Positions 51,532 through 60,059 of a stretch of DNA of 64,000 nucleotides are shown here, in pieces (position 1 is the first letter of the stretch; every line of letters starts with the position of its first letter). The position numbers and the translations under genes were made by a program. The DNA is from an uncultured Candidatus Rokubacteria bacterium (lineage in GTDB: Bacteria > Methylomirabilota > Methylomirabilia > Rokubacteriales > DASRDR01): assembly GCA_963826115.1 (NCBI GenBank), contig CAWGVS010000012.1, positions 1 to 64,000 of the forward strand. Direction: 5' to 3'. The notes beneath the pieces were generated by a model. That model worked only from the letters and a program-made list of their open reading frames with translations. It was not told the DNA's origin and made no database searches.

Positions 51532-53343
51532 ATGACCGTCGACTCGTACCGACCTCCGAGCGAGCGCAGCGCGTCTCACCCCGGCGCGGCCCCGGCGCCG
51601 CCGGAGACGCTCACCGGACCGGCCGCCGCCACCCACGCGCACCGCCCCGACGCTCTCGGGACGCGGCACGCCGTCGCCGCGGGTCACCCGCTGGCGGCGC
51701 TCGCCGCCCATCGCATCCTCGAGGCAGGCGGGAACGCCGTCGACGCGGGCGTGGCGGCCGGGATCTGCCTCGGGGTGGTTCACTCCGACATCGTGAACTT
51801 TGCCGGGGTGGCGCCCCTCATGGTGTACGACGCCGCCCGGCGCGAGGTGCACACCATCTCGGGCCTCGGCGTCTGGCCCAGGGCCGCGACGATCGAGTAC
51901 TTCCGGGACCGCTGCGGCGGGGACATGCCCGACGGCCTTCTCCGGACCGTCGTGCCGGCGGCTCCCGACGCCTGGATCACGGCCCTCGAGCGGTTCGGGA
52001 CGCTCGGCTTCGCGGAGGTCGCCCAGCCCGCCATCGAGCTCGCCCGCGACGGGTTCCCGCTTGGCCGGTTCGTCGCCGGGATCATCCAGGCCAACGAGAG
52101 CGCGTACCGACGGTGGCCCACCTCGGCGCCGATCTACCTGCCGGAGGGCCGCGTGCCCCGGGCCGGCGAGCGCTTCGTGCAAACCGACCTCGCGCGGACC
52201 CTCACCTACCTCGCGGACGAGGACCGGGCCGCCCGGCCGAGCGGCCGGGTTGCCGGGCTCGCGGCGGCGCGCGACGCCTTCTATCGGGGCGACGTCGCAA
52301 CGGCGATCGTGCGCTACCACGAGACCGAGGGCGGGCTCCTCACGCGCGAGGACATGGCCGGCTTCCGGGTCGGCGTGGAGCCGGCGGAGCGTGCCCGGTT
52401 CGGATCCCGCGAGGTGCTGACCTGCGGCTTCTGGTGCCAGGGGCCGGCCTTCCTCCAGATGCTCCAGATCCTCGACGGGATCGGCCTCGCGGGGCTGGGC
52501 CACAACACCCCGGACTACGTCCATACGGTCACCGAGGCGATGAAGCTCGCCTTCGCCGACCGGGAGGCCTACTACGGGGACCCGCGGCACGTCCGCGTCC
52601 CCGGACCCGGGCTCCTCGACCCGGCCTATGCCGAGGGTCGCCGCGGGCTCATCGATCCCGCCCGCGCCTTCCGCGCGCTGCCGCCTCCCGGGGTGCCCGC
52701 CGGCGCGCCAGGCCATCCAGCGGGCCGGGCGCCCGCGGCCACGTCAGGCGCTCCGAGCACGCTCGGGACCTCGTACGCCGCGGTCGTCGACAGGCACGGC
52801 AACGCCTTCTCGGCGACGCCGAGCGACGTCTCGACCGACACCCCGGTCATTCCCGGCACGGGCCTCGCGGTCTCCTCGCGCGGGAGCCAGGGCTGGCTCG
52901 ATCCCGGCCACGCGAGCGCGGTCGCGCCCGGCAAGCGCCCGCGGCTCACGCCCAGTCCCGCCCTCATGTTCGGACCCGGCGGCGAGGTGGCGGCCTTCGG
53001 GACGCCGGGCGGTGACGTCCAGCTCCAGGCGATGCTCCAGTTCCTGCTGAACATGACCGTGTTCGGCATGAGTCCCCAGCGGGCGATCGAGGCGCCGCGC
53101 TTCGCGACCCAGTCCTTCCCCGACTCGTTCTGGCCGCACCGCTACTTCCCGGGACGCGTCACGCTGGAGGGCCGCTTCCCCGAGTCGACCCTCGAGGCGC
53201 TCCGCGCCCGCGGTCACGAGGTCGAGCGCTGGACGGCGTGGGAGTGGCGCGCGGGCGGCGTGTGCCTCGCGCGCATCGACGGGGCCGGGATCCGCTGGGG
53301 CGCCGCGGACCCGCGCCGCGACTCCTACGCGGTGGCCTGGTGA
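51532..53343 (+). CDS. Gamma-glutamyltransferase family protein (no signal peptide)
   Basis: GGNAVDAGVA, LAFADR, GTSYAAVVD (Thr nucleophile), PGKRPRLT, GTPGGDVQ, ADPRR; start approximate. Confidence 0.9.
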   Translation: MTVDSYRPPSERSASHPGAAPAPPETLTGPAAATHAHRPDALGTRHAVAAGHPLAALAAHRILEAGGNAVDAGVAAGICLGVVHSDIVNFAGVAPLMVYDAARREVHTISGLGVWPRAATIEYFRDRCGGDMPDGLLRTVVPAAPDAWITALERFGTLGFAEVAQPAIELARDGFPLGRFVAGIIQANESAYRRWPTSAPIYLPEGRVPRAGERFVQTDLARTLTYLADEDRAARPSGRVAGLAAARDAFYRGDVATAIVRYHETEGGLLTREDMAGFRVGVEPAERARFGSREVLTCGFWCQGPAFLQMLQILDGIGLAGLGHNTPDYVHTVTEAMKLAFADREAYYGDPRHVRVPGPGLLDPAYAEGRRGLIDPARAFRALPPPGVPAGAPGHPAGRAPAATSGAPSTLGTSYAAVVDRHGNAFSATPSDVSTDTPVIPGTGLAVSSRGSQGWLDPGHASAVAPGKRPRLTPSPALMFGPGGEVAAFGTPGGDVQLQAMLQFLLNMTVFGMSPQRAIEAPRFATQSFPDSFWPHRYFPGRVTLEGRFPESTLEALRARGHEVERWTAWEWRAGGVCLARIDGAGIRWGAADPRRDSYAVAW

Positions 53344-54086
53344 GGCGAAGGACGGCGACCGACTGGCGCCGGCGGACCCTGCGGGCCACCGCGCCCCGGC
53401 CCGGGCGACGCCTGGCGCGCGGCGGCCGGATCCTCCTGCTACTCCTGTCGGTAACCGGCTGCGCGATCGAGCCGGCCCGGCCGGCCCTCGTGCCGCCGGC
53501 GGCCGAGCCGCCCGGCGCCGTCGCGCTGATCCCGCCGCCGATCATCTCACGGTTCGGCGAGTGGCGCGGCGAGGGCGGGGCGGCCACGCCGACGCGCCAC
53601 GCGGGCATCGACATCCGGGCGACGACCGGGACGCCGGTCCTGGCGGCCGCCGACGGCGTCGTCCTGCGCACGGGCACCCAGGCCTTCGCCGGGCGGCTCA
53701 TCGTGATCGAGCACGACGTCGATCTCACGACCGCCTACTACCACCTCTCGGCGATCGACGTCCTGGGGGGACAGGTGGTCCGACGAGGCGAGCCCATCGG
53801 GCGGGTGGGCAGCACCGGGAACGCGACGGCGCCGCACCTCCACTTCGGCGTGTGCCGGCGCGAGAACGGCGCCTGCGGCGAGCGGATCGACGGCGGCTGG
53901 GAAGACCCGACGCGGCACTGGATCGCCGCGAACCCGTGCTTCGTGGCGGGCCAGGGCTACGCGCCGCAAGGTCGCCGGCTCACCTACCCGGTGCCGTGCG
54001 CGCCGGCGCCCGCCGCGAACGCCCCGGTCGAGGAGCGGGCGCCCGGCGCCCCGCTCGCCAGCCGGCCGTCGGCCCGGCCCGCCTAG
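53340..54086 (+). CDS. M23 metallopeptidase, probable lipoprotein
   Basis: Lipobox-like LLSVTGC, HAGIDI, YYHLS, GSTGNATAPHLHF. Confidence 0.85.
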   Translation: MRRRTATDWRRRTLRATAPRPGRRLARGGRILLLLLSVTGCAIEPARPALVPPAAEPPGAVALIPPPIISRFGEWRGEGGAATPTRHAGIDIRATTGTPVLAAADGVVLRTGTQAFAGRLIVIEHDVDLTTAYYHLSAIDVLGGQVVRRGEPIGRVGSTGNATAPHLHFGVCRRENGACGERIDGGWEDPTRHWIAANPCFVAGQGYAPQGRRLTYPVPCAPAPAANAPVEERAPGAPLASRPSARPA

Positions 54087-54336
54087 CGCCGCGCCTCGCC
54101 GCGCGCCACCGTCGGATCCGGCGGCGCTGGCACAAGAAGTCCGCCCTCCCGTCACGCGCGTATCCGCGCGGCCCGCGCGCGACATGTTGCGCATCACCCC
54201 GCAACCCGTGGCGCCCCACAGCCGATTAAGGTATGGTGCCCGCTGGCAAGGACGGACCGTGGCCCGCACGTCGCCACGCGCCACCGTCATCGGGACTGTT
54301 GTCACCCTGGGTCGGGGTCGAGAGGCTGACGGGATC

Positions 54337-55950
54337 GTGCTGCGGCAGCTCGGCGATCTGCGGATGTATGGGCGATTCGCGTGGGGATTGCGGGCCTTTC
54401 TCCGCCAGCCCTTGAGCCTTCCGCAGGCGCAGGCCTCCATCCGGACGCGCGTCGCCGAGCGCGAGGCCAACTTCCTGCGTCTGATGGAGCGCGGGGTGTT
54501 CGGCCACCCGCGGAGCCCCTATCGCGCCCTGCTCGGACTGGCGCGCTGCGAGCTCGGGGACCTTCGACAGATGGTCGGATCCCGCGGCCTCGAGAGCACG
54601 CTCCGGGCCCTGCGGGATGCCGGCGTCTACGTGACGTTCGAGGAATTCAAGGGGCGAACCCCCATCGTTCGGGGCGGGCACGTCCTCGACGTCCGCGCCG
54701 AGGACTTCGACAACCCGCATCTCAGCCGCTATTACCAGGCGGAGAGCGGAGGCTCCACCGGCGCGGGCACGCGGGTCATGACCGACCTCGATCACCTCGC
54801 GGTGAAGGCTTCCCAGCTGATGGTGACCGACGAGGCCCACGGTCTCTTGACCGCCCCAACGGCGATCTGGTTCGGCGTCCTTCCGGACGTGGGTCTGAAC
54901 ATCGTGCTGACCCGCGCCCGATACGGCCGGGTGCCCGAGAAGTGGTTCGTGCACGTCACGCCCTCGGAGCTCCGCCCCTCCCTGGTCTACCGGGTGGCCA
55001 CCAACGCGCTCGTCGCCGCCGGACGGCTCTACGGCGTGCAGATCCCGCGGCCGGAGCCGGTCCCGCTGGAAGACGCGGGCGTCGTGGCCCGCTGGGCCGC
55101 CCAGGCAGTCAGGGACCATGGCGTGTGCATGGTACGGACCCAGGTAAGCCGAGCCCTGCGAGTGTGCCTGGCGGCGCGTGAGGAGGGCCTGGATCTCTCC
55201 GGGGTGGCCATCACGGGGGGCGGTGAGCCCCCGACGCCCGGGAAGGTGCGCGAGATCACTCGCGCCGGCGCCCGGTGGATACCCGGCTACTACACCATGG
55301 AAGCGGACGCCGTCGGCATGGGCTGCGGTCACCCGCTGGATGGGAACGACCTCCACCTGCTGAAGGACCACCTGGCGCTCATTCAGTGGCCACGGTCGGT
55401 CCCCGGGTGGGACGTCGAGGTCGACGCGTTCAACTTCACGACCCTCCTGCCCACCGCGCCCAAGATCATGCTGAACGCCGAGAGCGACGACTACGGGGTG
55501 GTCGAGAGCCGCTCATGCGGCTGTCCGCTGGAGGGCTACGGGTTCACCGACCACATCCGTCACGTCCACAGCTTCCGCAAGCTGACCGGTGAGGGTGTCA
55601 CGCTCGTGGGCACGGACATGCTCCGCATCTTGGACGAGGTCCTACCGGCCCGCTTCGGGGGCACGCCGCTCGACTACCAGGTCCTGGAGGAAGAGGATTC
55701 CGACGGGTTCACGCGCCTGAGTCTCGTCGTCAGCCCGCACATCGCGCTTCCCGATGACCGGAGCGTAGTCGAGACCGTCCTGGAGAGCCTCCGGCAGCGC
55801 GGGGACGCGGCCGACCTGGCCCGGGCGACCTGGCGTCAAGCCGGCACCTGGCGCGTCAAGCGCATGGAGCCGATCTGGACCGCGCGCGGGAAGCTGATGC
55901 CCCTCCATCTGGCCGAGCGCGCCCGGCCTGCGGTCAGCGCCGAACGATGA
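54337..55950 (+). CDS. Divergent PaaK/CapK-like adenylate-forming protein
   Basis: ESGGSTG P-loop, ITGGGEP, YYTMEA, NAESDDYG, CGCPL, TARGK; start uncertain (54259-54364). Confidence 0.6.
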   Translation: MLRQLGDLRMYGRFAWGLRAFLRQPLSLPQAQASIRTRVAEREANFLRLMERGVFGHPRSPYRALLGLARCELGDLRQMVGSRGLESTLRALRDAGVYVTFEEFKGRTPIVRGGHVLDVRAEDFDNPHLSRYYQAESGGSTGAGTRVMTDLDHLAVKASQLMVTDEAHGLLTAPTAIWFGVLPDVGLNIVLTRARYGRVPEKWFVHVTPSELRPSLVYRVATNALVAAGRLYGVQIPRPEPVPLEDAGVVARWAAQAVRDHGVCMVRTQVSRALRVCLAAREEGLDLSGVAITGGGEPPTPGKVREITRAGARWIPGYYTMEADAVGMGCGHPLDGNDLHLLKDHLALIQWPRSVPGWDVEVDAFNFTTLLPTAPKIMLNAESDDYGVVESRSCGCPLEGYGFTDHIRHVHSFRKLTGEGVTLVGTDMLRILDEVLPARFGGTPLDYQVLEEEDSDGFTRLSLVVSPHIALPDDRSVVETVLESLRQRGDAADLARATWRQAGTWRVKRMEPIWTARGKLMPLHLAERARPAVSAER

Positions 55951-56987
55951 GCGCGTCACCTCGGGAGCCGTGGAGCGGACCTGGGCGCCGCTTGGCCCGC
56001 GCGCTCGTCCTGGTGGCCGTCGTGGCGGGCTGGGTCGGCCAGGCCGCGTCGGCCGCGACGACGGTGCGCGTCGTGGTCGCCCCGTACCTGTCGAACGCCC
56101 CCCTGTTCATCGCCGAAGAGGAGGGCTACTTCGCCGCCGAGGGCCTCCGGCTCGAACTGGTCTCCATGGCGCGCGGGGCCGCTGCCGTCCCGGCGCTGAT
56201 CACCGGCGACCTCGACGTGCTGGCCGGCGTGATCAACGCAGGCGTCCTGAACGCCGTGGCGCGAGGCGGTACCCTGCGGCTGGTCGCCAACAAGGGTTAT
56301 GTTGCGGCCGATGGGTGCGCGTCCACGGCCCTCCTGGCCCGGCGCGGGCTGCTCGACCCCCCGGGCGACCACCCGCCGATCGCTCTCAAGGGCCGGCGGC
56401 TGGTCATGCCCAATCGCGCCTCCTTCGAGGGCTACGTCGCCGAGCGGTTCCTGAGCGGGGGGGGCCTCACCATCGATGCCGTCGAGCGGGTGGACATTCC
56501 CGGCCCGGCCGAGCTCGACGCCTTCAGGACCGGCGCCATCGACGCCACGGTCTCCGGGGAGCCCTGGCTGACGCGCATCCTGATGAGCGGACATGCCACC
56601 GTGTGGAAGCGCGCCCAGGAGCTGATCCCCGACTTCGACTACGCGTTCGTCTTCTACGGCGCCTCCCTGCTCAAGCAGCATCCTGACGTGGGTCGACGGT
56701 TCGCGACCGCCTACCTCAGGGGCGTCCGCCAGTATGGCCAGGGGAAGACGGAGCGGAACCTGGACATTCTCGCCAAGCACACCGGGTTGGATCGAGAACT
56801 CCTCAGGCAGGTCTGCTGGCCGGCGGTTCGTCGCGACGGTCGAGTGGACGTCAAGAGCGTGCTCGAATTCCAGGCCTGGGCCGCCGAGCGGAAGTTCGTG
56901 GACCGGAGCCTCGCGTCGAGCCAGCTCGTGGACGCGAGCTTCATCGAGCACGCCACCCGAGTGCTGAGCGCTCGGGGTGTCCCGTGA
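55947..56987 (+). CDS. ABC substrate-binding protein (SsuA/NMT1 family)
   Basis: Signal peptide, APLFIAEEEGYFAAEGL, GAIDA...EP. Confidence 0.88.
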   Translation: MSASPREPWSGPGRRLARALVLVAVVAGWVGQAASAATTVRVVVAPYLSNAPLFIAEEEGYFAAEGLRLELVSMARGAAAVPALITGDLDVLAGVINAGVLNAVARGGTLRLVANKGYVAADGCASTALLARRGLLDPPGDHPPIALKGRRLVMPNRASFEGYVAERFLSGGGLTIDAVERVDIPGPAELDAFRTGAIDATVSGEPWLTRILMSGHATVWKRAQELIPDFDYAFVFYGASLLKQHPDVGRRFATAYLRGVRQYGQGKTERNLDILAKHTGLDRELLRQVCWPAVRRDGRVDVKSVLEFQAWAAERKFVDRSLASSQLVDASFIEHATRVLSARGVP

Positions 56988-57040
56988 GGGGCCCGAGGAG
57001 GCGTCGCACGCGCTCGCGGCCCGCCTGAGCGGCGCCCACC

Positions 57041-57817
57041 ATGCGCCTCACGTGCCGGGCGGTCGGCAAGGTGTACGAGACTCCCGCGGGGCGCGTGGAC
57101 GCGCTGGAGGACGTCTCCTTCACTGCGCGGGAGCGTGAGCTCGTCTGTGTGGTCGGTCCCAGCGGCTGCGGCAAGACCACGCTCCTCAAGCTCATCACGG
57201 GACTCCTGTCACCGACCTCGGGCGAGATCAGCTTCGACACGCCTTCGGATAACGGGCGCCTCCGCAGCGCCCTCGTGTTCCAGGGCGACGGGCTGTTCCC
57301 ATGGATGTCGGTGCTGGACAATGTGGCCTTCGGCCTGGAGGCGCGCGGCGTCCCCAAGGAGCCGCGGCGCGGGCGCGCCCGCTCGGTGCTCGATAGCATC
57401 GGGCTGGGAGCGTGCGCCGACTACTATCCCCACCAGCTGTCGGCGGGAATGCGCCAGCGCGCCGGTCTCGCCCGGGCCCTCTTGATCGATCCCCACGTGC
57501 TGCTGATGGACGAGCCGCTCGGCTCTCTGGATGCGCAGACGAAGCTCGTGCTGCGAGAGGAGATCCTCAGAGTCTGGGGGAGTCGACCCACGCTCCTCGT
57601 CTACGTCACGCACGACATCGACGAGGCGGTGCTCATGGGGGACCGGGTGCTGGTGATGACCGGACCGCCCGGCCGCATCCGCGAGGAGATCCACATCCCC
57701 GGGCCGCGCCCGCCGGAGGGGTCGGTGGCCGCGCGCCCTGATCTCGCCGCCATCCGGGAGCACATCTGGGAGATGCTGCGGGACGGCGTGCGGAAGCACC
57801 TGGGCTTCCCCGCATGA
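57041..57817 (+). CDS. ABC ATPase (SsuB/TauB family)
   Basis: GPSGCGKTT, LFPW, LSAGMRQR, MDEPLGSLD, VTHDIDEA. Confidence 0.92.
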   Translation: MRLTCRAVGKVYETPAGRVDALEDVSFTARERELVCVVGPSGCGKTTLLKLITGLLSPTSGEISFDTPSDNGRLRSALVFQGDGLFPWMSVLDNVAFGLEARGVPKEPRRGRARSVLDSIGLGACADYYPHQLSAGMRQRAGLARALLIDPHVLLMDEPLGSLDAQTKLVLREEILRVWGSRPTLLVYVTHDIDEAVLMGDRVLVMTGPPGRIREEIHIPGPRPPEGSVAARPDLAAIREHIWEMLRDGVRKHLGFPA

Positions 57818-58596
57818 GATCCGGGCGCGGGGGGTCGGCGGCGGCGGATCGGTGGCTGATGCTGGGACTCGGCGCGCTGGTGCTGGTCGGCTGGGAAGGG
57901 CTGTCCCGCCACGGCCAGGCGGCCGTCTTCTTCCCGCCACCGTCGGCGATCGCGTGGACCCTCGTGCGCCTGGGGAGCGACGGCTCGCTGGGGGCCCATG
58001 TGGGGGCGACCCTCTTCCGCCTCACTCTCGGTCTCGCCCTCGGCGGCACAGCGGGGCTCGGACTCGGCCTGGTCATGGGGTGGTCCCGCCGGGCGCGGGC
58101 CCTGTTGGACCCGCTGGTCGCCGCTGGTCACCCGGTGCCTAAGATCGCCCTGCTGCCGATCGTGATGATCCTCTTCGGCATCGGGGAGGCGTCCAAGGTG
58201 GTCGTCGTCGCGGTATCCGCCTTCTTCCCGATGGTCATCAACGCGATGGCCGGGGTGCAGAAGATCGACCCGATCCGATTCGATGTCGCCGAGAACTACG
58301 GGGCGCGCTGGAGCACGGTGCTCCGGCGGGTCGTGATCCCCGGCAGCCTCCCCCTGATCATGGCCGGTGCCCGGCAAGCGCTCAACACTGCGCTGCTGGT
58401 GAGCGTCGCCATCGAGACCGTCGCCGCGCAATGGGGGATCGGCGCCATGATCTGGTTCGCCTGGCAGACCCTCCGCGTCGAGGAGCTCTACGCCTGCGTC
58501 CTGGTGACGGCCGTGCTGGGGGTGGCCGCGAACCTCCTTCTCCAGCGCACGACGGCGCGCTTGACGCCCTGGCAGGCGGACGACGACGGGCGATGA
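57814..58596 (+). CDS. ABC permease (SsuC/TauC family)
   Basis: FFPPPS, PVPKIALLP, FGIGE, VVIPGSLP. Confidence 0.9.
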   Translation: MRSGRGGSAAADRWLMLGLGALVLVGWEGLSRHGQAAVFFPPPSAIAWTLVRLGSDGSLGAHVGATLFRLTLGLALGGTAGLGLGLVMGWSRRARALLDPLVAAGHPVPKIALLPIVMILFGIGEASKVVVVAVSAFFPMVINAMAGVQKIDPIRFDVAENYGARWSTVLRRVVIPGSLPLIMAGARQALNTALLVSVAIETVAAQWGIGAMIWFAWQTLRVEELYACVLVTAVLGVAANLLLQRTTARLTPWQADDDGR

Positions 58597-59954
58597 GTCT
58601 TGCCGGGCGACCAGTCGAGGCCGGTCGCCCGGCAAGCCGGGCCCAGCCGCCTCTCGCCTGGGACGAGCTCTGGTTCGGCAGCGTCATCCGGCCGCTCTGG
58701 GAGCTCAGCCGACATCAATGGTGGCCGAGCGATCGGCTGCGCGAGCTCCAAGACCGGCGACTCCAGGCTCTGATCCGCCACGCCTGCGCCCGAGTGCCCT
58801 ATTACCGGCAGCTGTTCGCGGCGCAGGGGCTATCGCCAGGCGACATCACGTCGGTCGACGATCTGGCCCGGGTGCCCGTCCTGACCCGGCAGACGGTTCT
58901 CGAGCGTCGAGCGGAGCTCCTGGCGGAGGGAGTCCAGACGGAGCGCTGCCGCCTGACACAGACCAACGGGACGGGCGGACAACGGCTGGTGATGTACCGC
59001 ACGCCGGCCGAAGTGACGCACGGTACCCTGACGTACCTCCGAGTGCTCCTGGCCAACGGGTTTCGTTTTTGGGACAAGCAGCTGTTCATCACGGGCGCGG
59101 CCAGTGACGTGCTGCCGGAGGCTCGACACTGGCTCGATCGGCTGCGACGCCTCCGGAAGCGCCACATCCACACGGCCGTGGAGGTCGAGGAGCAGATCCG
59201 CCTCCTGCGGGCCTTCCGCCCCGACGTGGTCACGGGCTTCAACCAGGCGCTCCGCACCCTCGCCCGGGGGCTCATCAAGGCCGACGCTGGAGGGGTCGCA
59301 CCCCGTCTCGTGTTCGGGGGCGGCGACCAGGCCGACGGTCCGACTCGCGCCGACATCAAGGCGGCCTTCGGAGTGGAGCTCATCGACAAGTACGGGACGT
59401 CGGAGGCCGACTGCCTCGGCTGGGAGTGCCCGGCGCACGCCGGGTACCACCTGAGCGCGGACTGCGTCGTCGTCGAGTTCCTCCACGACGGACGACCGGC
59501 GCGACCGGGCGAGCCAGGTCACGTGGTCGTGACCCCCCTCCACCTGCGGGCGATGCCTCTCATTCGCTACGACCTCGGCGACATCGCCACGCCCATGGCG
59601 GGGGCATGCCCCTGTGGGCGGGCGCTGCCCCTGATGCGGCTGATCGAGGGTCGAACGGACAGCTTCATCACGCTCCCGAGCGGCGCGGTCCTTCCCGGGA
59701 CCGGCACGTTCTCGCGGGCGCTCAACATCGAGGCGGTCCTGGACTGGCAGGTGGTGCAGGAGGACTACGACCGCATCGAGGTGCGAATGATGGTCCAGGG
59801 CGACGTGCCGGACACGGTGGCGCGCGTACGGCGAAGCCTCGAGGAGCTGCTGCGGCACGAGGCGACCGTGCGGATCGAGGTCGTCGATCGCCTCCGCGAG
59901 AGCCCCGGCGCCAAGATGCGGCGGGTGATCTCCCGGGTGCCCGTGAACTTCTGA
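58593..59954 (+). CDS. Phenylacetate-CoA ligase/CapK family protein
   Basis: VPYYRQLF, TNGTGG, YGTSEA, MPLIRYDLGD, CPCGR, EGRTD; ATGA overlap. Confidence 0.85.
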   Translation: MSLAGRPVEAGRPASRAQPPLAWDELWFGSVIRPLWELSRHQWWPSDRLRELQDRRLQALIRHACARVPYYRQLFAAQGLSPGDITSVDDLARVPVLTRQTVLERRAELLAEGVQTERCRLTQTNGTGGQRLVMYRTPAEVTHGTLTYLRVLLANGFRFWDKQLFITGAASDVLPEARHWLDRLRRLRKRHIHTAVEVEEQIRLLRAFRPDVVTGFNQALRTLARGLIKADAGGVAPRLVFGGGDQADGPTRADIKAAFGVELIDKYGTSEADCLGWECPAHAGYHLSADCVVVEFLHDGRPARPGEPGHVVVTPLHLRAMPLIRYDLGDIATPMAGACPCGRALPLMRLIEGRTDSFITLPSGAVLPGTGTFSRALNIEAVLDWQVVQEDYDRIEVRMMVQGDVPDTVARVRRSLEELLRHEATVRIEVVDRLRESPGAKMRRVISRVPVNF

Positions 59955-60019
59955 TCGCGCGCCGGGACCTCCTCGCGGGCCGGGTCCCCGGTGCCGTCGG
60001 AGGTCGCGGGCGCCCCGCT

Positions 60020-60046
60020 CGCGGCCCGGGTGTCACCCGGGCCGCG
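60020..60046. terminator. Perfect palindrome between convergent genes, probable bidirectional terminator
   Basis: CGCGGCCCGGGTG-T-CACCCGGGCCGCG (13-bp arms). Confidence 0.6.
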
Positions 60047-60059
60047 TCGCGCACCCCCG

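Noticed and set aside
53340-54086. M23 protein as an EnvC/NlpD-type activator of the amidase
   Set aside because: It retains HxxxD and HxH Zn ligands, so it is probably an active peptidase, and it lies over 27 kb from the amidase.
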